NCBI RefSeq assembly: GCF_009914755.1
Contig: NC_060928.1
Source: the human T2T-CHM13v2.0 reference genome, Homo sapiens
Length of the DNA stretch: 64,000 bases
Reading direction: 5' to 3' (one strand)
Below, one piece after another: positions 1 to 16,239 of the stretch. The position numbers and the translations under genes are program-made. The stretch's first letter is position 1; the number at the start of each line of letters is the position of its first letter. Below the pieces are notes generated by a model, which made no database searches, was not told where the DNA came from, and worked only from the letters and a program-made list of their open reading frames with translations.

Positions 1-75
1 TCTGACCTCAGGTGATCTACCTGCCCTGCCCTCCCAAAATGCTGGGATTACAGGAGTGAGCCACCACGTCTGGCC
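1..75 (-). mobile_element. Alu (S-type), 5' end of left arm, cut by window edge
   Basis: tgacctcaggtgatc...gctgggattacaggagtgagccaccacgtctggcc is the reverse complement of the Alu 5' end. Confidence 0.9.
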
Positions 76-89
76 TGCTTAACAAATAT

Positions 90-260
90 TTTAACATTCA
101 CTAGTTATAAAAGTCTTATAAGGTGGATCTTATAACTCCTATTTTACAGAGTGAAAACAGGTGTAGAGAAGTTGTGATATGTGCAAAGTCACAGAGTGAG
201 TGATAGAGTGGGGTTTTTAGTGCTGGCAGTCTGATTCTAGAGTCAACATTCTTAACCAGT
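90..260 (-). mobile_element. MIR fragment
   Basis: cctattttacagagtgaaaacagg...aaagtcacagag...ggcagtctgattctagagtc is the typical MIR core. Confidence 0.65.
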
Positions 261-1699
261 TCTACCAACATTACTCTCCCAAGTCATTAACATCTCTTTC
301 CTAACAACAAAGATGTTCTAAGAACAGATAACTGGGTTTATTACTGGCATATGGTGAACACTTATCTTAGCAAATAACTCAGCCCCATTTTCTGACTATG
401 ATTTTTTTAAGGACAAACCACGTAGTCCTATTCTTCAAAAGTGATGTTTTTAACCTTAATTATAATTAGCTGTATTTATCTCATTTAGATTATAGCGCAA
501 TTTTCTCCTTGGAATATACATACAGAAACACAAATTGAGGGTGACAAAAGTGTCAAACTGGAATTCAATATGATGATTAAGCTGTGTTTAAAATATTTGT
601 TTCCCTTTTGATTGCCTTGTTTACACTGTATACATATGGAATATGACTGTAAGCCTTCAGCAATCTTCTCTTTGTCCAACGTGAACACATAAACCTTTAA
701 AGATGTACATGAAATGGTCACATGCAATTTTAAATTCTTTAATGTAGAAAATCCCAAATTCATAAACTAAATTCTTCACGTGAACCTTTGGTAATAGTAT
801 TTTTATCTTCTCTAGAAGCACTTTATTTTTCTTACATTTTTCCCAGAGAAACCAGTCTTCATTTCAGTTTATGTTGTTCAAGATACAACTCTGGAAATTT
901 TATTCTGTGCCACAAACACTTATAAAATACTAGGACAATAATTTCAATCATCGTGTTAGTGTGCATTTTTTTAACCTTCACAGTAATATCCTCTTAACTG
1001 TCTTGTAATTTAAATGCTTGTTTACAGTAACAACCCAAACTTACAAGTATGAAAATATACCATAGGAATATGATCACTAAATAGTGTTTTTTTATTTTAA
1101 AAAATTCCTTTAGGTGTCTTCTATAAACATCTCCAACTAACATTGATTTAGGTTGTTTTAGGGTTCTAATGTCTTCTAACAGTTCTTTGTTGTTGAAATA
1201 AAGTAATAGAGTAGTTGAAAAAGCATAACAACAATTAGAAAGACTTTGTAAAGCCTCACATATAAAACCCCTTCACTTTTAACTTCGGTAATACTTGGGT
1301 TTAAGATCGGGAATAACCTACCAGTCCATCAGGGTTGAAAAATAATGCTTCATGCAAAACCAGAAAATGTGATGGATGAGGATTCCCCTGAATCCAAAGC
1401 TCTGCTTCTACTTCCTTTGCTGTATCTGGGCAAAAATTCAGGGGAAAAGCAAGACATAAGAAAGAAATTGGATCATAAAGAGAGTGAGAGCATGAGAGAA
1501 TGAGAATGGATTTGCATGTGTTTGGCCGGTTCAGATACCCCAGGTTCTGCTTGCTTTCTTCCTTCCCTGTGCTCCTTCTGGGCCACAGAGGTTGAGAACC
1601 TCTGCACTCTTTTAGATGCCCCAGGTTTCCTATTTAGCCATTTGATGTCTTGATCCTTTTTCTCAAGGTCTGCCTTAATGTTAATATAAAAATATTTTA

Positions 1700-2430
1700 C
1701 ATTAAATATGACATATATTTACAGTACACATATCTTAAATCTACAACTAAATGAATTTTACGTATATATTACCCATGTAACTACTGCTCAGATGAAGATG
1801 CAGATTTACAATATTCCTTCCAAGTCAATACTCCCAGGTAACTGCTATCCTGATATATATTCCTACAGATTAGTTTTGCCCACTTGTGAATGCTATCATA
1901 TTTGTTTGTAAATTTGGTTGTACATATTATACTGTACATTCTTTTGTATCTAGATTCTTTCACTCATGATCATTTGTGAGATTTATCCTTGTTGTTGCCT
2001 GCTGCTGGAATGAGTTCATTCTCATTTGTATAGTATTCTGTTGTATGATTACACCACAATTTATCTTTCTACTTTTGATGGGCATTTATATTACTTCTAG
2101 TTTCTGGCTATTGGTAAAAAAAAAAAAGTACCTATGAACATTCTTGTTCATGTATTTTCATGGATACACTCATATCTTTTGAATATATACCCAAGAATGG
2201 AAATGCTGGATTATAGGGTATTCATATGTTTACCTTTGGTTAGGTCTGCCAAACATTTTTCCAAAAGGGTTGTGTCATTTTACACTCCCACCATCAATTT
2301 ATGAGAATTCCATTTGCTCCACATTCTTGTCAACACTTGGTTTTGTCAGTCTTTAAATTTAAGCCATTCTAGTCAGTGTAGAGTGGTATCTTATCATAGA
2401 AATTTGAATTTCTCTGGCAAGTAATAATGG
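1700..2430 (-). mobile_element. Old L1 (L1M/L1ME-type) 3' fragment
   Basis: gatgggcattt...ttttggctatt-like...ctatgaacattcttgt...gaatggaaatgctgga...ttacactcccacca resembles the reverse-complemented L1 3' region; boundaries approximate. Confidence 0.75.
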
Positions 2431-3039
2431 GAAGTATATCTGTTTGGAGGTATTTGAGAAAGGGAGTTGGGTACACAGTGCAGCATGTACTGCACTTAAG
2501 ACTTCCAAAAGGAGGCTGCCTGATTTCTTGGAGGTGAACTTTCTGGTGTGGCCACATTCTCAGTGACTTGAGATAGACTAGTGTTCAAACCTAAATTGTA
2601 AATAGATGGCTTTTAATGATCTGAACAGAACTAGGGTTTTAATTGTAGGTTGTCACCCTGTGATTTTCTTGTATAAGAGATGTAAACTTAGCCAGGAACT
2701 CAGAGTTATTTGAATTTAAATAGGATAATTTTCTTATAATCATGCTTTATTACAAATAATCTTCTAGGCTGCAGTCTATACAACCTTGCCCTAGTAAGCA
2801 ATATCAAATTATGCTACATATATGTTATTGGTAAAATCCATTTGAATTGTGATTCAAATATGGCAATATTTTTATTATTACTACAAGCTGTTATTTGGCA
2901 TGTGATAAAACAGAGTTAAACTGTTGGTGAATGGCTTACACAAGTTACCCAATGACAGTATATTATCTGAATTAACTTTTTGGATTCTTAGCCCCGTGCC
3001 CAAACTTACTATAAGAAAGTACTGATGCAGTGTTTTACA

Positions 3040-3665
3040 TTTTTTTCTTTCATATCTGTAACAGATTTATTTTTTAAAGTAATGGATTTTGAGGGAAAGA
3101 AACATGGGACAGAAGTATGGAATACAAATATATGTGTGTTGCTAATTATCTTATAACCACAACAAACTAATACAGAGAATGCCCTGTACAAAACACAATA
3201 AAGTTTCAAAGATTGAGGTGTTCCTTAGCAAGGCTGAAAATTTTAGTCTCTGGTATTTGTAATTTAGGCTGCAGTCCTCATTTCTGGATGAGTCACTCTG
3301 TGTGTGTGGCACAGTCTGTGCCTTTAACCAGATTTGAACAGAAGAATGCCCATTTGGCCCAGGTAGAAGTAGATGAAGTGCTTGGTTTCATGTGTCAGGC
3401 AACTACCAAAGTTCCTCCCCGTGATGCAATGTCGGGTGGGATTGTACTTCTTGTCAAACTGCTTCTCGATATGGGCTGAAATAGTCTTTTTTATGTTCTC
3501 CAATGCCTGCGTAGCTCACACCACTAAGCCCTGATGCATCTCTTCCAACGTGACTGCATTTTTTATCACAGCCTTTCAATTTCACATGGTTACTGTGGAG
3601 CAGAGGCTGGTCAACTGGAGTAGTCTCCTTGGGGAGGTGCTAGCATGGCTCAGGCCCTCTGGAAG
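3040..3665 (-). pseudogene. Processed pseudogene of dynein light chain LC8 (DYNLL1)
   Basis: Minus-strand CDS remnant 3587..3324 reads [84 protein letters not shown], compared with LC8 MCDRKAVIKNADMSEEMQQ...YFYLGQVAILLFKSG. It is intronless, has 3 in-frame TGA and a 2-codon deletion, and carries DYNLL1-like UTRs. AATAAA lies at 3066-3071 (minus) and an A-rich tail remnant at ~3040-3050. Confidence 0.95.
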
Positions 3666-3859
3666 CTATGTTCACTACTGGAGCCATGGTACATCTAACA
3701 CAGTTTATATTCTTAATGAGACTCTGTATCTAGTCGTGTTCTTTCTGTGCCTAGGAAAGCATAGAAAGTTCTTCTCATGCTCTTTCCCCACCTCAGTTTT
3801 CTCAAGGAAGCAGGACAGCACATTTGCATATACCAGCATTGGAACCATTGTACCAGTTT

Positions 3860-4000
3860 ACTTATCTTGAACAAGTGGCTTAACCTTTCAGAGCTCCAGT
3901 TTCCCCAGTTGTGCAATAACTACTACCTCATAGTGTTGGTTTGAGGATGGATTAGCTAATGTTTAAAAAACACATAGCACAATCCTTCACATGAAGTAAT
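3860..4000 (+). mobile_element. MIR fragment
   Basis: cttgaacaagtggcttaacctttcagagctccagtttccccagttgtgcaa...tacctcatagtgttg. Confidence 0.65.
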
Positions 4001-5223
4001 GAAACTGAAGGTAGTTATGTTAAAGTTGTCAGGCATGAGAAAACGAGAAAATAATCACTTTCTGTCAGAGGTGGACTTACACTGAAGCAAATGCAGTTTA
4101 AATTTTAATGAAGTTTAAGGGCCCCTTGCAAGTAAGTATACTCAAAATAAGATATTTTAACTACAATTGGCTAGGATGACTCTTCTCATTTTGATTTCAT
4201 CTCCATCACATTTGCCTTTATTTCAACCGGTATTGGAGGGCTGTAGGCATTCTTGGCTTTCAGCTGTGGGAAAGTTGAGTAGGGAATATGTTCAGTTTGG
4301 GCTTATGAGATATGTTTGACTCACATTTCTATACATAATTGGGTTACTTCTAGCTGTCTTGGTGTTGGAATGGCTTCTAGAAAACCTCTGACTGCCCACT
4401 GTGCTATGTGCAGATGCAAAGGCCAGAGTTGTGGCCAAATGGTTGGACGTGTGCACAGTATCCAGCTTCAGAAGAATGTGGGTGGTAGAAAGGGAATGGT
4501 TTCATATATTCCTTAGATGCACCTAGTGGAAAATTCTTCTGAACCTTAGAGCTCACATGTGAAAGACACTTGGATGGAAGTGTTTCTAATATTTGACCAC
4601 AATCCTGAAACTTTATGTGAAGTCACCAATCATTTGTTGTGAAACCAAAAGATACTTTATTCTAAACTATTGATAAAATAAATTTTAACACATTGATAAA
4701 TCTATTTTAAACTATTGATAAAATAAATTTCAAAGATGCACTGAAGTCCTATTCTATAATAGATATTATGAAATAATTATCATCCATAAAGGTGCTCAAA
4801 GAGCATGAAGTCCAAAACATAGGAAAAAGAGACAACTAGAAGTATATCAGGACATTAATTAATAAAATTATATTATTTTTCTGGCCTTTTGGTTGATTGT
4901 AGTATTTATCAGTTTTTAATGTATTTGTTGTGTTTTTTTTTCTCATCCCTGATACTTTTGTAGTCAGTTTGGATTCACAAGTTTGCATGTTTTTTTTCTT
5001 TTTTTTTTTTCTTTTATTATTATACTTTAAGTTTTAGGGTACATGTGCACATTGTGCAGGTTAGTTACATATGTATACATGTGCCATGCTGGTGCACTGT
5101 ACCCACTAACTCGTCATCTAGCATTAGGTATATCTCCCAATGCTATCCCTCCCCCCTCCCCCCACCCCACAACAGTCCCCAGAGTGTGATGTTCCCCTTC
5201 CTGTGTCCATGTGATCTCATTGT

Positions 5224-9050
<3,827 letters not shown>

Positions 9051-9113
9051 GATGATGTTAGCTGGTTATTTTGCTCGTTAGTTGATGCAGTTTCTTCCTA
9101 GTCTCGATGGTCT

Positions 9114-10129
9114 TTACATTTTGGCATGATTTTGCAGCGGCTGGTACCGGTTGTTCCTTTCCATGTTTAGTGCTTCCTTTAGGAACTCTTTTAGGGCAGG
9201 CCTGGTGGTGACAAAATCTCTCAGCATTTGCTTGTCTGTAAAGTATTTTTTTCTCCTTCACTTATGAAGCTTAGTTTGGCTGGATATGAAATTCTGGGTT
9301 GAAAATTCTTTTCTTTAAGAATGTTGAATATTGACCCCCACTCTTTTCTGGCTTGTAGGGTTTCTGCCGAGAGATCCGCTGTTAGTCTGATGGGCTTCCC
9401 TTTGAGGGTAACCCGACCTTTCTCTCTGGCTGCCCTTAACATTTTTTCCTTCATTTCAACTTTGGTGAATCTGACAATTATGTGTCTTGGAGTTGCTCTT
9501 CTCGAGGAGTATCTTTGTGGCATTCTCTGTATTTCCTGAATCTGAATGTTGGCCTGCCTTGCTAGATTGGGGAAGTTCTCCTGGATAATATCCTGCAGAG
9601 TGTTTTCCAACTTGGTTCCATTCTCCCCGTCACTTTCAGGTACACCAATCAGACGTAGATTTGGTCTTTTCACATAGTCCCATATTTCTTGGAGGCTTTG
9701 CTCATTTCTTTTTATTCTTTTTTCTCTAAACTTCCCTTCTCACTTCATTTCATTCATTTCACCTTCCATTGCCGATACCCTTTCTTCCAGTTGATCGCAT
9801 TGGCTCCTGAGGCTTCTGCATTCTTCACGTAGTTCTCGAGCCTTGGTTTTCAGCTCCATCAGCTCCTTTAAGCACTTCTCTGTATTGGTTATTCTAGTTA
9901 TACATTCTTCTAAATTTTTTTCAAAGTTTTCAACTTGTTTGCCTTTGGTTTGAATGTCCTCCCGTAGCTCAGAGTAATTTGATCGTCTGAAGCCTTCTTC
10001 TCTCAGCTCGTCAAAGTCGTTCTCCCTCTAGCTTTGTTCCGTTGCTGGTGAGGAGCTGCGTTCCTTTGGAGGAGGAGAGGCGCTCTGCTTTTTAGAGTTT
10101 CCAGTTTTTCTGCTCTGTTTTTTCCCCAT
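9114..10129 (-). pseudogene. L1 ORF1p remnant
   Basis: ATGGGGAAAAAACAG start at 10129; KRPNLRLIGVPE...YPAKLSF fragment; CGA>TGA stop at 9740-9742 and a 1-nt deletion near 9245; ends ATGTAA at 9114. Confidence 0.95.
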
Positions 10130-10958
10130 CTTTGTGGTTTTATCTACTTTTGGTCTTTGATGATGGTGATGTACAGATGGGTTTTTGGCATGGATGTCCT
10201 TTCTGTTTGTTAGTTTTCCTTCTAACAGACAGGACCCTCAGCTGCATGTCTGTTGGAGTACCCTGCCGTGTGAGGTGTCAGTGTGCCCCTGCTGGGGGGT
10301 GCCTCCCAGTTAGGCTGCTCGTGGGTCAGGGGTCAGGGACCCACTTGAGGAGGCAGTCTGCCCGTTCTCAGATCTCCAGCTGCGTGCTGGGAGAACCACT
10401 GCTCTCTTCAAAGCTGTCAGACAGGGACATTTAAGTCTGCAGAGGTTACTGCTGTCTTTTTGTTTTTCTGTGCCCTGCCCCCAGAGGTGGAGCCTACAGA
10501 GGCAGGCAGGCCTCCTTGAGCTGTGGTGGGCTCCAACCAGTTCGAGCTTCCCGGCTGCTTTGTTTACTTAAGCAAATAGCAATCAGTGAGATTCCGTGGG
10601 CGTAGGACCCTCCAAGCCAGGTGCGGGATATAATCTCGTGGTGCGCCGTTTTTTAAGCCTGTCGGAAAAGCGCAGTATTCGGGTGGGAGTGACCCGATTT
10701 TCCCAGGTCACCCCTTTCTTTGACTAGGAAAGGGAACTCCCTGACCCCTTGCGCTTCCGGAGTGAGGCAATGCCTCACCCTGCTTCGGCTCGTGCATGGT
10801 GCGCACACCCACTGACCTGCGCCCACTGTCTGGCACTCCCTAGTGAGATGAACCCGGTACCTCAGATGGAAATGCAGAAATCACCCATCTTCTGCGTCGC
10901 TCACGCTGGGAGCTGTAGACCGTAGCTGTTCCTATTCAGCCATCTTGGCTCCTCCCTC
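10130..10958 (-). promoter_or_regulatory. L1 5'UTR internal promoter (YY1 site near 5' end; antisense promoter fires on + strand)
   Basis: CAAGATGGC YY1 core at ~10939-10947 (minus); relatively CpG-rich; ~70-bp internal deletion at ~10576. Confidence 0.7.
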
Positions 10959-12204
10959 TGCATGTTTTTTTTCTTAAGGGAATCTTCAGATTGTGAAAAC
11001 TTCTGGCCACATACTACCTGAATCCACCCTTGTTTGTGATCATATACCCTGTTGCCAGTGACCCAGAAGGACCTTGTAGACACACCTTTCAGTTTGTGGT
11101 TATCTTTGGCTGTGATTTCTGATGTACCATGAAACTGAGAAACCTGCATTACATAGTATTTGCAGGGACAGGAATTTTTTTAAATTTCATCCTCATTCCA
11201 CATTGCTTCACTTCTTTTAGGCAAGCCAAGTATGTATTGCCTTTGCATTACTGAAGGAGAATATGGGGGTTCTTTGTCCTCTTTTGTTCCAGGGTAATTA
11301 CATAAAAGAAGCTGACTCTATAGATCCCTGACCATGCATAATGAGATGACAAACTATACATCAGATAGAGGGATTATGCCCCAGAAGTAAATTGCTAGAA
11401 ACAACAACCTCATAATCATTTTTACTTTATATGTAAAGAAACTGAGGTCTAGCTGATTTATCAGGGACATAGTGATTGGAATTAAGTCCAACTCTGGATT
11501 AACTCAGTTCTACAACTTGCTGCTGCCTTGCTAAGTGATTCACTTCAATGATTCACTTCAAAAACATGAAAGAAGAAAGATTTACCTTGAATGTACTTGG
11601 ATATTGATGTTTCCTTGGCAACAGGTTCTAAATTAAGAGCAAAATAGTGATTGAACATATGCAGTTTTGTTAAAAAATTGTGGGCTCTGAAGCAGCAGCC
11701 TCAGAAATTCCTCATTCTTTGTTAATTGAAAAGTTTTATTCCTGGATACTGCCATGTAGCAGTTATTTTAGAAAAATCTATTTTCTAGGCAGGAAAACAG
11801 GAGGCCATTCCCCTTTTCCTCTGAATCTCCCTCTGCTTTGGCCTTTTTTACTTTCTTGTAGTAAATCAGAGTCACGTGCATAATCAGCACTTAACACCCC
11901 CTCATTGAGATCTAATCAACAGTACCTGTCTATAATTGAAGGGATTAGACATAATTTAGTTGCAGTTAAATGCTGCCTAGTATGAACATAAGGTAAATTA
12001 TTAATAGAATATCCATTTTTTTGTCTTGATACTTTAAATTCCTTGTTTAGTCCAAATCATTCCAGTGCTACATTCCTTGTATAGCTTTTCTTTTAAAAAG
12101 AGATGCTTTTATGGAAATGCTGTGGTTTTGTGTCATCTACTTCCTTTGAGGGATGCTATAAAATAGAACCCCTTTAAACCGTAGGGATATTGTTCGTTCT
12201 AGCT

Positions 12205-12365
12205 TTGCTAATCACAGTGTGGTTCAGGCCAGAAATTCTGGGGTCACCTGGTAGCTGGTTAGAAATGCAAAATCTCAAATCCCGCCTCAGAGCTAGTGAA
12301 TCAGAATCTGCATTGTAAGATCCCAGGTGGTTTATATGTGCAATGGAGTTTGAGATGTACTGTTC
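12205..12365. mobile_element. MER5A (hAT-Charlie MITE)
   Basis: agtgtggttc...tcacctggtagctggttagaaatgcaaaatctc...gaatcagaatctgcatt...agtttgagatgtactg. Confidence 0.8.
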
Positions 12366-12505
12366 TACATTGCTCGGTCTATTTTCTTGAGGACTTGCAG
12401 GATAATTTACTTCAGAAATAACCTAATGGTTAAGTTCCTCAGCTTGAGGTAGGCAGAAAGTTTGCTTGATTTGGAGGGTGCTTGCCCCAATTACTGATTT
12501 TGTGT

Positions 12506-14772
12506 TGTATCCATCTATTTTCATGCTACTGATAAAGACATACCCGAGACTAGAAAGAAAAAGAGGTTAAACTGGACTTACAGTTCCACATGGCTGGGGA
12601 GGTCTCAGGATCATGGTGGGCAGTGAAAGGCACTTCTTACATGGCGGTGGTAAGAGAAAGTGAGGAAGATGTACAAGCGAAAACCCCTGATAAAACCGTC
12701 GGATCTCATGAGACTTATTCACTTCCCTGAGAACAGTGTAGGGGAAACTTCCCCATGATTCAAGTTATCTCCCGATGGGTCCCTCCCACAACGTGTGGGA
12801 ATTGTGGGAGTACAATTCAGATGAGATTTGGGTGGGACACAGCCAAACTGTATCATCTCATCCTTGGCCTCTCCAAATCTCATGTCCTCATATTTCAAAA
12901 CCATTCATGCCTTCCCAACAGTTCCTCAAAGTCTTAACTCATTGCAGCATTAACCCAAAAGTCCACAGTCCAAAGTTTCATCTGAGACAAGGAAAGTCCC
13001 TTCCTATGAGCCTGTAAAATCAAAAGCAAGCTAGTTACTTCCTAGTTACAATGGGGGTACAAGTATTGGGTAAATACAGCCATTCCAAATGGGAGAAATT
13101 GGCCAAAGGAGTTACAGGGTCCATGCAAGTCCAAAATCCAGTGGGGCAGTCAAATTTTAAAGCTCCAAAATGGTCTCCTTTGACTCCAGGTCTCACATCC
13201 AGGTCACACTGATGCAAGAGATGAGTTCCCATGATCTTGGGCAGCTCCACCCCTGTGGTTTTACAGGGTACAGCCTCCTTCCCAGCTGCTTTCACAGGCT
13301 GGCATTGAGTGCTTGTATCTTTTCCAGGGGCATGGTGCAAGCTGTTGGTGGATCTACCATTCTGGGTTCTGCAGGATGGTGGTCCTCCTCTCACAGCTCC
13401 ACTAGGCAGTGCCCCAGTAGGGTCTCTGTGTGGGGGCTCTAACTCAACATTTCCCTTCCTCACTGCCCTAGCAAAGGTTCTCCATAAGTGCCCCACCCCT
13501 GCAGCAAATTTCTGCCTGGGCATCCAGACATTTCCATACATCCCCTGAAATCTAACTGGAGGTTCCCAAACCCTAATTCTTGACTTCTCTGCACTGGCAG
13601 GCTCAATACCTCATGGAAGCTGCCAAGGCTTGGGGCTTGCACCCTCTGTAGCCGTGACCCAAGCTCTACATTGGCCCCTTTCAGCCATCATTGGAGCAGC
13701 TGGGATGCAGGGCACCAAGTCTCTAGGCTGCACACAGCATGAGGACCCTGGGACCGGCCCATGAAATCATTTTCTCCTGGGCCTCTGGGCCTGTGAGGAA
13801 ACGGGCTGCCGTCAAGTCCTCTGACATGTCCTGGAGACATTTTCCCAGTTGTCTTGGGTATTAACATTTGGCTCCTTGTTACTTATGCAAATTTCTGCAG
13901 CCTGCTTAAATTTCTTCTCAGAAAATGGGTTTTTCTTTTCTATCACACTGTCAGGCTGCAAATTTTCCAAACTTTTTTGCTCTGCTTCCTTTATAAAACT
14001 GAATGCCTTTAACAGTGCCCAAGTCACCTCTTGAATGCTTTGCTGCTTAGAAATTTCTTCTGCCAGAAACCCGAAATCATTTCTGTCAAGGTCAAAGTTC
14101 CACAAATCTCTAGGGCAGGGGCAAAATGCCACCAGTCTGTTTGCTAAAACATAATAAGTCACCTTTACTCCAGTGTCCAACAAGTTCCTCATCTCCATCT
14201 GAGACCACCTCAGCCTGGACCTTATTGTTCTTATTGCTATCAGGGTTTTGGTCAAAGCCATTCAATAAATCTCTAGGACGTTCCAAACTTTCCCACATTT
14301 TCCTGTCTTTTTCTGAGCCCTCCAAACTGTTCTAGCCTCTGCCTGTTACCCAGTTCCAAAGTTGATTCCACATTTGTGGGTATTTTTCAGCAACGCCCCA
14401 CACTACTGGTACCAATTTACTGTATTAGTCTATTTTCATGCTGCTGATGAAGACATACCCGAGACTGGGAAGAAAAAGAGGTTTAATTGGACTTATAGTT
14501 CCACATGGCTGGGGAGGCTTCAGAATCATGAAGGGAGGTGACAGCACTTCTTACATGGTGGTAGTAAGAGAAAATGAGGAAGATGCAAAGGTGAAAACCC
14601 CTGATAAAACCATCAGATCTCTTGAGACTTATTCATGACCATGAGAACAGTATGGGGGAAAGTGCATCCATGATTCAAATTATCTCCCACTGGATCCCTC
14701 CCACAACATGTGGGAATTATGGGAGTAAAATTGAAGATGAGATTTGGGTGGGGACACAGCCAAACTGTATCA
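12506..14772 (-). mobile_element. Full THE1 (ERVL-MaLR, probably THE1A) element: LTR 12506-12855, internal region, LTR 14421-14772
   Basis: Two ~350-bp direct repeats with TG...CA ends, THE1-int sequence between them, and a perfect 5-bp TSD tgtgt (12501-12505, 14773-14777). Confidence 0.95.
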
Positions 14773-14777
14773 TGTGT

Positions 14778-14950
14778 CTTTGGGAAATCTATTTAACTTC
14801 TCTAACTCCCAGTTTTCTTCTCTGTACAATGAAGACCATAATATGATCTACCTTGTAGGGTTATTGTGGTCATCAAATGAGAAAATACATGTAAATTAAT
14901 CAAGCCCCAGTATTTGCATATGAGAACAAATAATAGCTATTATCATTGTT
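14778..14950 (+). mobile_element. MIR interrupted by the THE1 insertion (5' part at ~12440-12505)
   Basis: ctttgggaaatctatttaacttctctaactcccagttttcttctctgtacaatg...taccttgtagggttattgtg. Confidence 0.7.
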
Positions 14951-15134
14951 ATTACTACTATAATAAATTATTATTTTCTTCATTGAATGGTATTGTCTTA
15001 TCAAATAATAATAACTGATTATTTTTGGGGGGAGCAGGGTAATGACTGCTAGGAAGCATAGAGCCAAATTTATACCCCTTTCCAGCCAGTATTTGACGTT
15101 TTAACTGATCTTACTCCAGCTTCCTCTTATTATT

Positions 15135-15433
15135 ATATTTATTTATTTATTTATCTGAGACAGAGTCTCACTCTGCTTCCCAGGTTGGAGTGGCACCATC
15201 TCGGTTCACTGCAACCTCTGCCTCCTGGGTTCAAATGATTCTCCTGCCTCAGCCTCTTGAGTAGCTGGGATTACAGGCACATGCCATCACACCTGGCTAA
15301 TTTTTATATTTTTAGTAGAGATGGGATTTCACCATGTTGGCCAGGCTTGTCTTGAACTCCTGACCTCAGGTGATCTGCCTTCCTTGGCCTCCCAAAGTGC
15401 TGGGATTATAGGCATTAGCTACCGTGCCTGGCC
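15135..15433 (-). mobile_element. AluS (Sx/Sz-like)
   Basis: Complete dimer with (TTTA)n tail; TSD-like c(c/a)tcttattatt at 15123-15134 and 15434-15445. Confidence 0.92.
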
Positions 15434-15445
15434 CATCTTATTATT

Positions 15446-15625
15446 GTTATTATCTTTTTTAGGGACAGAGTCTCACTCATTCTCCCACTCTGGAGGGCAG
15501 TGGTGTGTCCATACCTCATTGTAACCTCAAACTTATAGGCTCAAGTGATCCTCCTACCTCAGCCTTCGGAGTAGCTGGGGCTACAGGCAGGCACCACCAC
15601 CTTGGCCTCCCAAAGTGCTGGGATA
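15446..15625 (-). mobile_element. Old AluJ/monomer fragment with internal deletion
   Basis: gacagagtctcactc...ggctcaagtgatcctcctacctcagcc...ttggcctcccaaagtgctgggat. Confidence 0.8.
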
Positions 15626-16239
15626 TCTTATTTATATTTATATTTTTCCACCTCAATTTTCTTATATTTTAATATTTTATGTTTACCATTGTATCTTTGT
15701 AAGCTACTTCAAAATCATTTTATATTGAGTATGACGTAACAATAAATTAGTAATCACAATTACAAATTTGTTACTCCATAACTTTTGGTCCAAATTACGT
15801 TGACAGCCTTTTCTTATTTTTCTTTCTACCAACCCTTTGGTAGAGTCATATTGGTCAATGTCATAACCCTTGTAAGGTAGGGGCACTTAAGACAATTTTT
15901 AAAGAAATGCTGTTTTCCTCACATTGCCTTCTTTTTTTTTTATCATTATATCCCAAGCATAATATGCTACACATAATAGATGCATAATACATTTCTTGAA
16001 TGGGTATGTAAAAATTTATATCACATCCATTTACATCTCTTCATGCTTGCTGTTAAATTCAAACCTGGAATGAGCTTTCTTTATCCTTTTGATTTGTCCA
16101 GTAAAGAGACCCAGATCAAGTGTCACCCTCCACTTGAAGACTTTCTTGACCTTTGTTCCAGACAGGGGGCTCCCTTCTCCAAGAACTACGGAATTCACTA
16201 CGTGTCTTATTCAGGTGGCACTTGACATTTCTCTTTATG

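Noticed and set aside
2477-2496. Inverted repeat agtgcag-catgta-ctgcact
   Set aside because: 7-bp arms are expected by chance in 64 kb
3213-3479. 88-aa + strand ORF
   Set aside because: It is the antisense shadow of the DYNLL1 retrocopy
11536-11561. Perfect 13-bp tandem duplication tgattcacttcaa
   Set aside because: Ordinary slippage indel with no further structure
13035-14261. 168-aa and 149-aa ORFs in the THE1 internal region
   Set aside because: Decayed MaLR internal sequence; no protease, RT or integrase motifs; such ORFs are common in THE1-int copies
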